From: Vicugna vicugna
Taxonomy: Eukaryota
Reading direction: 5' to 3'
DNA length: 64,000 nucleotides
Assembly (NCBI GenBank): GCA_013265495.1
Contig: MU057651.1
Coordinates: 310,001 to 374,000 of the forward strand
Shown here one piece after another: positions 1-12,965 of this stretch (position 1 is its first letter; each line of letters starts with the position of its first letter). The notes under the pieces were generated by a model, which had not been told where the DNA came from, made no database searches, and saw only the letters and a list, made by a program, of their open reading frames with translations. The translations under genes were made by a program, and so were the position numbers.

Positions 1-447
1 CAAATATTAATGATTTTAAACAAAAGAAACCCGAGTTTTCTTCCACACAATTCTTCATTTTCTTAAAAAAAGTTCATCATTTGTACAAATACAGGTGAAT
101 AAAATGTATTACTAAATATAACCATTTAATTGCATTAAATGGACTCCTTTTACCTACTTAGTAAGTATGATGGGGTCTGCAGCGGTCAAACTCAGTTATG
201 AGTCCAAAGCTTCAGATTTGGCATAGATGGAAATGTTAGGCTGGATGAACCCATCTTTACTTGATTTACCCCTTAATATTTCCTGCCTGATACAAAATAC
301 ATAATATACATGCCTTTTACAATAAACCTTGTTTTATACAACCCATGATTCGGAAAAGTATGCAAAGTACATTTTTAGAAACTGAATTATTTTAAACATA
401 GTAGGAGAGTTTACTATTTAAATAATTCATGTGGTGAGTGTTTTTAT

Positions 448-526
448 TTGATTGACTTATATGAAATCGCTGATATTTTCAGCATTATCGACTTACACAA
501 ATGGCAATTTCATGTGATTCAGTGTC
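448..526. mobile_element. MADE2-like mariner-derived MITE (about 80 bp, palindromic) in the SERTM2 3'UTR
   Basis: ttgacttatatgaaatcgctgatatt...gacttacacaaatggcaatttcatgtgattca follows the remembered MADE2 consensus, with imperfect terminal inverted arms. Confidence 0.75.
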
Positions 527-3020
527 ATAAAAAGTGAAGAATCATTCTTTCACCTTAAAATAAAGTTCAACTATATATAAATAACCTACCCGTTTATATA
601 CACCTAGGCTAACGTGCAATTTTTTGGTGAGTGGGGGTGAGGGAAGGAATTGCCAAGTCAGCATTTTGGATAGATGGATAAATTCAAATAATTCCCATTG
701 ATTGCTCTAGTGGCCTCTTTGAGCAGTAATATATGTTAATTAATACATTGGGGGATATGATAAAATTTAATATAAATGGAAAAATTGTTTTCTTTACAGT
801 AGATTTGCTATTACGAAAACACTCAGTTTATTTTCTTAAAGATTAAATACCATGTGAGTCACCATAATAACACATTTGCTTACATGCATCTCCATTTATG
901 CTATCACTGGAAATTGTGAGGGGTTATGCTGCTATTTTAGTGTAATCTGTGCTGTGTGCTTTGGTTAATGCTCAGTAAAGATCTGGATCCCATGGGGCAG
1001 TTGTGATGAAAGAGAGTGGTTGTTTTCCAAGTGAGTAGCCTTAATCATAAATTAGGAATCTTCATCCAAGTCAGTGATTAAAGAGCAGTTTTAAACTCCT
1101 GAAATCTGAGTTGGGGAGGTCAGGTGGGCAAGGAATAGATTCATAGTCTGTCTCTTCATCAGATTCAGCAACAAGGCATTGGGTATCTTGCTATTAACTG
1201 CTGTTGAAAGTGTAATCAGTTTCTTCTTTTATCCAGCCACTGACTTCTTAACTGTAAAGTGCATTCAAATACTGTGAGCACAAAAGGCAGAGCCTAGAGT
1301 GAGGCGGGTTGTGTGTCCTTAAAAAGTTCTGGGGTATATTGCCAACCTTTGATGAAGTCCACGTATGGCTGCCAAGAACTAACATTTTAAAGGGTACATG
1401 GAGTCTGGGTGTTGAGTAAAGTCACAACTTAAACCACCAAATGTAATAATATGAATCACTTTGCATTTTGGAAAATATAATGCCAAAAGGGAAGCGTATG
1501 CCCTATCCAAGTCTTAGCCTACTTGCTGATCTCTTCTGAATGGCGCCGAATGCAGCTGCCATCCCTTACAGTGCACTATTGTACCAGGTGTGCCAGAGTC
1601 AGCCTTGCTGCTAAGTTTAGCTCTGCATGTGGGGATTTCACACTGTGCAGCCCCTTGGAGAGGGGAGTACTGGCAAATGACTTTGTATAAAAGGAGAAAT
1701 CACTTGGGAATTTCACCACCAGGCTAGATTTAGATCAGAGTAAACGGGCCAGTCTAAATTGGTAACAAACTAGAGAGAGCTGCAAGTCTGGTAGAGGTGC
1801 CATTAAGCTAACACCCATTCACTTCTCTCTCATGGCCACTGCAGTTCCTGAGGGAGCACCCTGTTAAAATTTGATGACCACCTTTTAGGTGCAAGAGAGA
1901 ACTGATTTTTTTAAGCAGGTAGAATTTAACATGACTGTATTATTAGTTCTTTGGTGGCAAGAGTATGGCCAGCCTTCTAATTTCTAATTTGTAAACAGTA
2001 CTCATTTCCTTTGGCTCCCTTTTGGAACATTAGTTTAAAAAAAAATCAAATTCTGTCTCCACTACTGGCATCCTAGGGCTACTTATGAGAATGGAATTTT
2101 TCAAAATATATTTCTCTTATAGGTAATAAGTGAAACACTTCATCTTTGGCAGGGATTAGGAAGGGAGGAACATTTTCTGGGAAAGACAAATGTGACATTT
2201 GAGGACGTTGATTTCAATAGAGATTTGTTGGAGGGTGTTGTTCAGTCCTTTCCTCCTTTGTTTCTCTTTGTTTTTCTTACACTCAGATCTAAAAGGAGTC
2301 TAGTGATGACAAAATAGCTCTCAGATCATTTTTCAGAAAGAAAAACCTGGCACCCAAAGGCTTGAATGTTTTGTCCAAAGCCACAATCATTCAATGACAG
2401 AATACCAAGATTATTTCATTTCTGCTTTAAAGAACAATTGAGTCTTCTTTGCCAAGGTTGAGCGTGATGGAGAAGGAGAAAAAAGCAAAGAAGCTGCACG
2501 GATAATATAAGATTCATTGTCATAAGCGCATTTTGACTTAATTTTCCCTTGTTTTTGCGGGAGCTCATTGTTCCAGATTTTTGTAATACATCTGCCATTA
2601 TCTGAGCTTTTAAAAGTCCAGTAATAGTAATAACACAGATATAAAATGCACATTTCCCCTCTCTAGATGAGTTTGTTTACTAGAAACTTCTTTTTTTGCA
2701 AACTTGCTTTTTACACTGAAACAGTTTCTTTAAAAACTTTTTTCCATAGATGATAAAAATCACTGCTACTCTGGGAAAGAGTTCATGGTCCTTTCCATTG
2801 TCCTCTGATATGATTTAGCTTCATGTAAGCAGAGGTGATTCTTTACAGTCCTAGTGCTAAATTAAAACATTCCTTTCTTGGGGTACCCTCTTTGAACAAT
2901 CAGCCCTTTCCAAGGCAAATTTTCCTTGTTCTTGGAGCTTCCAGGGATCCTGTGTTTTTTATAACAGCTGCATATGAATTTCTGTGGTCTGAGGTTTGCT
3001 CAAGGCCCAGGCTCTCTTTG

Positions 3021-3034
3021 GTTACCATGGAAAC
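3021..3034. promoter_or_regulatory. RFX X-box motif
   Basis: GTTACCATGGAAAC, a near-perfect palindromic match to GTTNCCATGGNAAC. Motif only. Confidence 0.45.
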
Positions 3035-3278
3035 CTGTCCTCCCAACCAGCTGCCATTTCCTGTATTCCTGGCAGAGAATGAGTCTTAAACCTCCTAGGT
3101 ATCCCACAAGCAGAGAGAGTCAAGATAGAGAAAAACACAAAGAAAACATGAACGACTTGTTAAATGAACAACTTGTTGATTCCCTACGTGGGAAGCTACA
3201 TGTAACAAAGTAAGCGTTCCTGGACATTAATGGACAAGAGTTCACTGAGATCCACAAATACTCACTTTCGTTCTGACT

Positions 3279-4339
<1,061 letters not shown>

Positions 4340-4577
4340 CTGAAAATCAAAAATAAAAATGAAAGATTTGTGTATGTAAGAAAAACAGATGGCAATTTCT
4401 TTTGAAACAAAAATTAACTGATGTATTGCAAAATGCCTTGCTATGGGAAAATCAGTTTCAAAATGATATCCTGAGTTTTTATTGCTTTGAATCCTTTTTT
4501 TTCTAAGTGGTAACTAGCTGTTACAAGGTTAAAGAAAAATTCAAATCACAGAACAGCAGCTAATAACTAGGCTAGAT

Positions 4578-4811
4578 TAGGATGGTGTTATCCAAACTAA
4601 GTGGTCATAAAATTTACCTGAAGTACTTATTAAATTACAGACCCTGGGCCCCAATCTAGACCTTCTGAATAATAATCTCCACAGTAGGGATTTGGTCACC
4701 ACTCTAGAGAGTCAGATTTTATTGGTCTGGGGTGGGGTCCAAGCACTGGTATTTTTAAAAAGCTCCCCAAGTGTCTCTAAAGTGCAGCCAGGACTGCAAA
4801 CCACTGCTCTA
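4578..4811. mobile_element. MER5-family hAT-Charlie MITE fragments
   Basis: ggtctggggtggggtccaagc...aaaagctccccaagtg...tgcagccaggactgcaaaccactgctcta is a typical MER5A end. Confidence 0.75.
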
Positions 4812-5629
4812 GATTAACCAGGAAAGCCTAGCACTGAAATAAAGACCTAAATCTAAGGATTCATTTTTCAAATCCCAAGTCCCAGTGCCATGGGTCACTT
4901 TAACAAATCATGGAATTTTCAGAAATGCAGGCTTCCTTCAATTTTGTTTTTGTGTTCTATTTCTCTCGTTTAGGTCTATGGGTTGAGTATACACTCCCCC
5001 TCACTTTCCAACCAATATTTGTAGATCACAAGTAACTGAAAGGGTATGTTTGTTTTGAGCAAAGAATTGCATCTTTCATTATTGGTAAAGACAGAACCTT
5101 GTCTTTATTGGCATAAACATTCCACTTTGTAAATAGGAGCAACCATTTACTGTTGAAGGCTTCCAAAATGTTTTAGCTTGTTTTTTCCAAACATACATTT
5201 TGAATATGGGTGACTAAAATAAACAATATAAACCACCATAACCTGTCAAACTTCTATGTGCCATAGTAGCAGAGAGCCTAGTTCTGTCGCTTGTTAACAT
5301 GCCCAAGGAGAATTAATAGAAACAGCTCTAACAATCACATTACTCTTCCTATAATCTTGAATTTTGTCCCCAGCCTGGGAACCCTTCAGCTTAAAGTTTA
5401 TATTCACTAGCCCATGTTACTGTATTTTCTGTGATCTGCTTCTTAGCCTATCTACCTATTGCCCTTACCACCCATGCAGAGCCACCTGGTTCACAAGAAA
5501 CAAGAGCAAAGAGACAGGGTTTCTTTCCACTGTCTTTGGAAACAACTTTTGCAGTACTTAAAGGTACATCTATTTTGATTTCTGATTCACTGGAAAGTGG
5601 GAAAGACAATCACAGTAGGTATCCTTTTG

Positions 5630-5935
5630 TTCCCTAGAAACATCAGCCCCAAAGGCAGTGGTTCACCTGAGTAGCTTGTCACAAATGCAGATCTCAGGGT
5701 CTGCTCTTGGGAGCTCTTTCTTCCCAGACCAATTGGTTCTTGACTTTGCTTGTTCTCCCATATCCAGTTTTTCTCAAGAGTGTGAGGCATGGACCCCCTA
5801 CATCATTTAAAATGTAGACTCCTAGGCTGTTCCCCAGGCCTACTGAATTCTAATATCTTGGATCAAGGCCCAGGAATATGCATTCTAAGCGCAAGATTTT
5901 CAGGTGATTCTTTGCATATCGAACTCTGAGAGTTA
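5630..5935. mobile_element. MER5-family fragments
   Basis: ccccaggcctactgaattc...ggcccaggaatatgcatt...caggtgattct motifs. Confidence 0.6.
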
Positions 5936-6085
5936 ACTATCAATTTTCTGTATAGTCAATTTACAATGTATCAATTTCTGGTGTACAGTCAGTTTTTCTA
6001 TCTAGATAGCCCAGCTAAAGAATATAGCTAATCTGTCCTATTGGCTGTCTGGGGACTCTACTTTTAAAGAAACTATTTAAAAGAG

Positions 6086-6505
6086 TGCTACAAGTTGAAT
6101 TATGTCCCTTCAAAGTATATGTTGAAGTCCTAACACCCGGTACCTGTGAATGTGACTTTATTTGGAAAAAGGATCTTTGAAGATGTAATCAATTTAAAAT
6201 GAGGTCATCAAGTTGGCGCTAATCCAATATGACTGGTGTCCAGAGAAGACAGAGACATACAGTGGAAGGCAGAGGTAGATTGGAGGGATGCTTCTGCAAA
6301 CCAAGGGATGCCAAGGATTGCCAGTAAAAATCTGAAGCTAGAGGAGCCAAGAAAGGATTTTACCCTCCAGATTGCCAAGGGAGCGTGGCTCTGCTAATGC
6401 CTTGATTTCAGACTTCTAGCCTCTAGACCTAAGAGAATACATTTGTTGTTTTAAGCCACCCGATTTGAGGTACTTTGTTTATGGCAGCCCTAGGAAACGA
6501 ATACA
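6086..6505 (+). mobile_element. MaLR solo LTR (MLT1B/C-like)
   Basis: TG...CA ends, gaagtcctaacacccggtacctgtgaatgtgac start, ttttaagccaccc...gcagccctaggaaacgaataca end, flanking 5-bp AAGAG/CAGAG TSD. Confidence 0.9.
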
Positions 6506-7029
6506 CAGAGTAATCACCCTGAGGCCCTAGTGTTTTGCAACCTTTGGGGCAATGTTCCTCGTTGTGTTCCAAGGAAGTCCCTTCATCAGAATCACCTGGA
6601 AGAAATCAATGCTAAGTGTCAAAATCATAAGTGGATATACTGTGTGCTGTACGAGGGCTGAGATACATAGAGAGAAATCTACTTTGGAGAGGTAAAAAAG
6701 AGAGAGAGAGAGAAAATTATAAAATTATGGTGGCTTTTCTCTTGAGTACATGCTCTAAAGATAAATGACTAAGGTGTGCATTAAAGGAACAAATTGTAAA
6801 AGAGTAGAAAAAGTGGGTTATTTTAATGTTTCTACTTTTTCAACCAGTGTTTCACTGACTAACATTACTAGTACCATTTAAAATTACAGTAAGACTGTGT
6901 TTAAGATGTGACAGTGGGAATGCTTGAATTAGAGGAAAGGAAAATAATAATAAATAATAAATAAATAAATGAATGAATGAATGAGTGAGTGAAAGGAAAT
7001 TGAACATTACATAAAGGTTAAAAAAAAAA

Positions 7030-7345
7030 CACCTGGAAGATTTGTGTTACAAATGCAGATTTCTAGGCCTTTTCTTTTGCTTGCTAGATCAGAATCTCTG
7101 GGGATAGGACCCTGAAATCTACATTTGTGACAAGCTCCCCACTTAGAGTTTCTAAGTTTCAAGGAATGGTTTCCAGTCCCTGCTGCCCTCTCGATCACTT
7201 ATTCAACTTTTTGAAAAGATGAATACCTGGGTCGTTTCTTCAGAGGTTCTGATTCAGGAGGTTTGTGTGGAGCACGAACAGCTGTACAGCTTAAAGCTCC
7301 ACAGGTGATTCTGACAAGCAGCCAGGACTGGAAAGTGCCACTCTA
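7030..7345. mobile_element. Two MER5A-like MITEs
   Basis: aaatgcagatttctaggcc...tcagaatctctgggg and ttctgattcagg...caggtgattctga motifs. Confidence 0.7.
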
Positions 7346-8029
7346 CAAAAAGAACAGAACACTTTAGATTCAGGACTCTTGACAGTACCGCACAGCCCAC
7401 ATGGAGGCATTACTTTATCACCTGGCCTCCAGAAGACAAGTAGAAGACAACTAAACACTCACTGCTAGTGCAATCCAAGTGGGAAAAGCCTCTATGGTGC
7501 TATAGTATCTTTTTAGTCTCCTCTGGACCTCCAAATACACAGATTTGGAGAAATTCCACTCCTTGGTTTGGCACACGGTCATCATGGTTGTATCCAGGGT
7601 CTCTTTTATTTGCTTACTTAGTAACACCCATGGACAAACACCTGTGAACAAACACCTCCCACCTTTACGATTGAGAATAATAATTTACATGGCATCTACC
7701 TATGCTCCTCCCTATCTCATCCTACTACCCTCTCCTCCCCAGAAATTATTGATACTCTGAATTTTGTTCATCGTTACCTTGCTTTTACACACACACACAC
7801 ACAGACACACACACACCCCGCCCTGTGCATAAACACTATGTTGTTGAGTTTTGTTTTGAACTTTATTTTAAAAAGTGTCAAGCTATATGTAATCTTCAAT
7901 TTGCTCTTTTTACTCTACATTCCATAACTATATGATTTATTTATAACTATTCTTATAGGATGCAAAAGGAATAAAGATTTGGTAGCCGACATATTTCCTT
8001 TGAGGATCCTTATTATAGCCTTTGGACTT

Positions 8030-8450
8030 TACTCCATTCTCCTTAGCTTGGCATTCAAGGCTCTTAATGCCCTAGTCCTGGCTGACCTTAATTCCTCCCA
8101 CTACCCTCCTTTCCAATCAAGCTGTAATGCTCATTGTCACCTACTTCCCTGCCTCCATGTCTTTGTTTGATCAGTTCCTTCCATATTTGCACATCTCTGC
8201 TTGGGGGAAATGCTACCATTCTTCATAGTTCAGCTCATAAAACCAACCTTGATTTCCCATCCAAATCCTAATTCGCACAGGCTTTGTATCTTTCCTAGAG
8301 AAGATACATTCACCTAATATTGTAAATATCTATTTGCTGTGGTTTTCCCCCAAACTGTAATTTATAAACCTCCTGAGCATCTTTTTCAACCTTCTATCCT
8401 TTATATAACCATATTTGCAGTAGCTGCTCAATAATTATTAATAAGTGCAT
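8030..8450 (+). mobile_element. Decayed LINE-2 3' fragment
   Basis: ctccttagcttggcattcaaggctctt...gctcaataa L2 hallmarks. Confidence 0.6.
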
Positions 8451-9379
8451 GGGTATGACTAAAGAAATGCACTGAACACTGACAGTTTGAAGAAAAGTGC
8501 AGTGTTATCTCTGTTCTAATAGATAATATACCTTGGGGAAGCACCTGAAACTCCCTTTTATTTTAATTCCCCTCCCCACTCCCCTATCTCTTATTGTGCA
8601 AAGGAGACTAAATTCCCGATTATAATCTGGAATTAAGGAATAATCACTTTGTTAGAAACTTTGCTCTTGAATGACTATTTCAGCTACATGTTTTAAAGGA
8701 AAACTACATGGAATGGGTTTACAGCCTTAAGTTTTAGAAAGTTCAGTTGTGTCTATAGATGCTTTTCAGTAACAATTGATAATGCTGTCTCCTACACAGT
8801 TGACCCGGAATTGTCCTTAGGTCTAAATATTTGTTAAATATTTATTAGAATTCTGTGAAGCTTGGAGAAGCTGTAGAGAACAATGAACCCATGTACAGTT
8901 GTCAATTTCTTTGAACACTTCATTTGAGGAAAGACTAATCATATTTCTTAAAACCTCTACAGTCTGCAGAACACCAAACACCCTGGTCATTTCAAACAAG
9001 TCTATTGATTTAATTTCTTAAATCCATTAAGGATTTTGAAATGTGTAAATGAAAATTTAGGTGTTGGGATGTCCTCTTAGTTACTCTGCTCCTGTATCGG
9101 TGACAACTTCTCATAAAGGCCTTCCAAACAGGATTGCCATAGCTCTCTTTGCTAACTAATTAATGAGTTGCACAGATAATGTGATTGCTCTATTGAAATC
9201 TCAGGGCCATTTGGAAAGAAAAGCAACCATGCAATTTCAAAAGAAATCAAAATCCTATTCTAAAGGATCTGATTTTTGTAGAAAGACCCTTATAGAATTT
9301 TAGTATCCTGCAGTCCTTCTTGGAAAGCTCATAAAGTGAAAATCAGTCTCTAGTCTTTGTAACAGCGATAGAAAGTTGC

Positions 9380-9630
9380 TGAGGGATAAAGGTAAGAGTG
9401 AGGGATAGGAAAAAGGATAAGGAATTTGGAAAAGAAAGGAGGGGAGATGGAGAGAAGAGGGACGAGGAAAGGAAGGAAATATGAGGAGTGAGTCAGGTGA
9501 TGAGGAATGTGGGAATGGATAAGAGGTGGGAGGAAATGAGTACTTAGGAGGTAAAGGTGAAGATGTGAAGCAGGAAAACACTGGGAAAGAGGAAGAACGG
9601 AAAAGGGGAGAGAAGTTGGGGGAAAGCACA
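9380..9630. repeat. Purine-rich (GA) low-complexity tract in intron 2
   Basis: About 250 bp of mostly G/A on the plus strand. Confidence 0.7.
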
Positions 9631-10647
9631 AATGGAAAGACATTAACAATAATTGGCTAGTGTCCAACATTAGCCTGAACATCCAGTTTACTTCACTTCT
9701 ACCGTAAATCAAAACACTCGCAAGCAATGTGAATGCACCTCTGATTTTCTGACTGTGTGTTTTGTCATTAACTTGGTAAATCAAAATCTTGGTGTAAAAA
9801 AAAATAACGGAAAAGAAACAAAACAACCACTTCTTGTGTTTTTGGTATGAACATTGAAATGCCAAATCTTCAGTAATGTTCGACATCAGCATAGTATACA
9901 TAACCTCACAGAAGCAAAATAACATACACACCCAGATCACGAATTTCACTCCTTAAAATGAGAAGGGAATGTGGAGCTTTCTCCATCAATCAACCCTGAG
10001 AGGGATTCCTAGGGTGAAACTTATTTCTAATAAGAGAAACAAAGTTCTACGTGGAATTCCAAAATTAGATTGACGTTTATTCAGCAAACCTTGAGTGCCA
10101 ACCAAGTACCAGACGAGTGCTGGGGATATAGAGAAGAATGTAACCTGATCCCTGTTTTGGTCCTCAAGCTGCTCCCCATAGTTACTTTTGCTTTTTCTTC
10201 AATGTGATAAAGTTCTGAAAGCAATTCACTCATGATTTTACATTTTTCTGAACGGCACCTGCCTATATAATTCCAGAGCTGAAATCCCACCACATAGCTA
10301 ACGAAAAGGATCAGAGGAACAATTCAGAAGAGACAGTCAAAACTCTCAACTGCAACAGCTTTCAAGAGTTAATGCATTCTGTTTGTATTTATCTGCCCAG
10401 GGTAGGAGAGAGAAAACTAAGGGAGGTGGGAGCTGTTAGAGTAGCTAGTTCCACGGCAGCCTGTGAAAAAAACAATTCCAGCTGCAAGTGCTTTTTCAAT
10501 AGCTGGAGCCATTAAGCAATAAGCTTCTCAAGTGGGAGTTGCTGTATCTTCTACGGCAGATGGTGCCTATTTGTCACACCTGCCGATAAATAAAATACCA
10601 CTCATTTCATCGTGAATAACATCATAATATTTCCAAATCTCTCTTAC

Positions 10648-10744
10648 CTTTCCTGGCTCACGGAATGAATGGGGTTGGTCATTTAAGGATCTCTTTTGAA
10701 GCTTACACCGACCGGCAACTTGTTCAGGTACATCTCTGGAATAT
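10648..10744 (-). other. SERTM2: Predicted non-coding exon 2 of SERTM2 (97 nt)
   Basis: Acceptor ctttcattctgttttccag|A at 10745 and donor AAG|gtaaga at 10647, in repeat-free sequence with CpGs. Confidence 0.65.
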
Positions 10745-10899
10745 CTGGAAAACAGAATGAAAGCCTTGTTTTGCCAAAGAAGCAGGACTATGTTCATGCA
10801 AAGTATGCTTTCTCTTTCATCTTCCTAAAGAATCAAACCTTTCCAGCGCAAAACAGAAAAGCACCCTATTAGTTACTTAAAATGCCAGTTGCCACTTAC

Positions 10900-11022
10900 A
10901 GCTTCAGAGTGCAGTTTCAGATGCCTGCTCCTTATAAACTCCAAAGAGCCGAAAGAAGTGTCTGTTTGGATGTATATACACCGTCTGGAACACTTGAATG
11001 GAAGCAGCCTGAATAGTTAAGC
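10900..11022 (-). other. SERTM2: Predicted non-coding exon 1 of SERTM2 (TSS approximate)
   Basis: Donor GCT|gtaagt at 10899 gives a 155-nt intron 1. TSS placed about 30 nt downstream of the minus-strand TATAAA at 11055-11050. Confidence 0.6.
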
Positions 11023-11200
11023 CCCCAGTTCCTCTTTCGTAGGCAACAGTTTATAGAGTATGCGGGAAAAGGTAGTGATTCAGCGCTGCTCTGCCTTAGC
11101 GGTGTGGAGCCCGAGAGGGAGGAGGTAAGAGAGAAGCTGAGAAGCAAAGTTTGTACAAGCCTTCCACTTTAACCCCTTCGAGGCCTCTTCACAAATCTGT
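11023..11200 (-). promoter_or_regulatory. SERTM2 core promoter with TATA box
   Basis: CTATAAA on the minus strand (11056-11050), with local CpG enrichment (10950-11180) in an otherwise CpG-depleted region. Confidence 0.55.
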
Positions 11201-11634
11201 AGGATTAGTGAAGGCTCCCAGTTTTTGTAAAAACCTCTTCATATGACATTTACGGATATTAGCTCTCCTGCTCAATTCAAGAGGTTTTTCATCTTAGGTT
11301 TTATAGTAATGTATGCTTAGAATTGAAATCAAACATGGCAGGATGTAGTGGTATTTAAATAATTCCATCTTTACAAATAGAGTGTGTGCATATGTATGTT
11401 CCCAGGTTTGGAAAACATTTTTTTAAGTACCACATGAAGACTTTTATTTTGAATTTTTTTTTGTGGAGATTAAACATCAGTCTTGAAATCTAGGTCTGAG
11501 TTTCTGGTTGGGGGTCTAAGCTTTAGGTAGAATATCTTTGAAGAAGACCAGGGTACATATTCCATTATAAATGATTCATCCAACTAGTTTAAATGCCCTT
11601 ACTGTGTTTTATATATATGACAAGAGGAAGGAGA

Positions 11635-11975
11635 TTGACATTTCTTGAGTGCCTACTCTGTGTCAAGCATTTAAAGTAGAGAATTTCATTTAATCCTCAC
11701 AACAGTCCTGTGACTTGGATATTATTACCCTCATTTTGCAAACAGGGATATCGAGGCTTAGAGATGAAGTATATCATGCAGTTTAGTATTGGAACGGGTA
11801 TTTGAAAAGAAGGTAGTACGATCCCAAAGTCTCTGCTCTTTTCTCTGTAGCAGTGGTTCTTAACCTTTTGTGGGTCTTGGATTCCTTTGAGAACCTAATG
11901 AAAGCTATGGACCATCCCCTTCCTCAGAAATAGGCATATAATTTCCATGTTCCATAACCTCCAGGTTAAGAATAG
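11635..11975. mobile_element. MIR SINE (minus) followed by a hAT-Charlie MITE (MER117-like, ~11850-11975)
   Basis: ttgagtgcctactctgtg...tttaatcctcacaac...attattaccctcatttt MIR core; cagtggttcttaacc...ggttaagaat terminal inverted repeats. Confidence 0.75.
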
Positions 11976-12609
11976 CTGAATGTCCTCATGTCACTTTTCC
12001 AATATTATAAAATCATAGGTGCATTGTTCATCCAACAACTCATGGTCATCAACAATTTTTATTATGAAATTAATAATAATAATAGTATAATAATAACAAT
12101 GTCAATCTTCAGCAAATTACTGCAGTGCTTTTTCCTTTATCCACAAATTCTCCTTAACAAGTCTTGCATCTTTTATCTTTTCATTTCCCTCATTCTACTG
12201 ATTACAATGGTTTGAGACTCTCCTTAAAATCCTTAGCACATTATCAACATAATCTAAGACCTTGCGGAACATGCTGGGGTTTCTCAGACTGGAGTAGTAT
12301 GCTCAAGATTCTTGAAACTACAGGGTAAAGCATAATGTATTTTTCTAGAGGATCAATTTTATTTGAAATTTCAGATAGAGAGAACATAGGCAATTTAAGT
12401 GATAATTTTCAACATAGTTTATATAACAATAAACATATATTGCAGAATAAAATGCAAACATTGTATATACTTTTACAATCAAGCATGAGACTTCAGAGAA
12501 ATGTTGCACTTGCTGTGGTGCCTCTTTGGGCTACCCAGACTTCTCCAGGGATATATGTTCCTTCTATTCTGCCATTTGGGATATTTTGGTGGAAAAGTTT
12601 GAAGATTGT

Positions 12610-12820
12610 GTTGTAATAAAAAGACTATGGATTTTGATGTCAGCTAGACCTAGGTTTCAGCCTCAGTTTTGATCTGTATTTTCTGGGTTACCTTGAGTAA
12701 TTCAATTAATTTCTCAGTTCTATCATCTGTAAAAAAGGGGAGAACTATCTTCATGAGGATTATATGAGAAAACATCTCTAAAGCATGCACTACATGGTAG
12801 ATGCTCAATAAATGTTAATG
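12610..12820 (+). mobile_element. MIR SINE
   Basis: agacctaggtttc...tcatctgtaaaa...atgctcaataaatgtt. Confidence 0.75.
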
Positions 12821-12965
12821 TTGTCATCTCAATTTTTAAATGTCAAAAGAGAATGAGACTATTTGAATATAATTGGAGATTTCCTGAGGGGTAGTCTAAC
12901 ATTTCCCAGCTAATAAGGGAGAAAAAAGGCCTTAGATAACATTAAAATTCAAGTTTCCAGGAAGA

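Larger units (their letters stand above)
1..3278 (-). other. SERTM2: SERTM2 3'UTR; the 3' end is uncertain and may lie beyond the window start
   Basis: About 3.3 kb of AT-rich, nearly repeat-free sequence downstream of the stop, unlike the repeat-dense flanks. Minus-strand AATAAA candidates at 827-832 and 443-448, ATTAAA at 125-130. Confidence 0.7.

Noticed and set aside
9300..9949. 199-aa and 109-aa minus-strand ORFs
   Set aside because: Produced by the pyrimidine-rich low-complexity tract (S/P/F/L bias), start at non-ATG codons, and lie in the predicted intron 2.
11079..11100. Possible REST/RE1 site (TTCAGCGCTG...) in the promoter
   Set aside because: Only the left half resembles RE1; the GGACAG half is absent.
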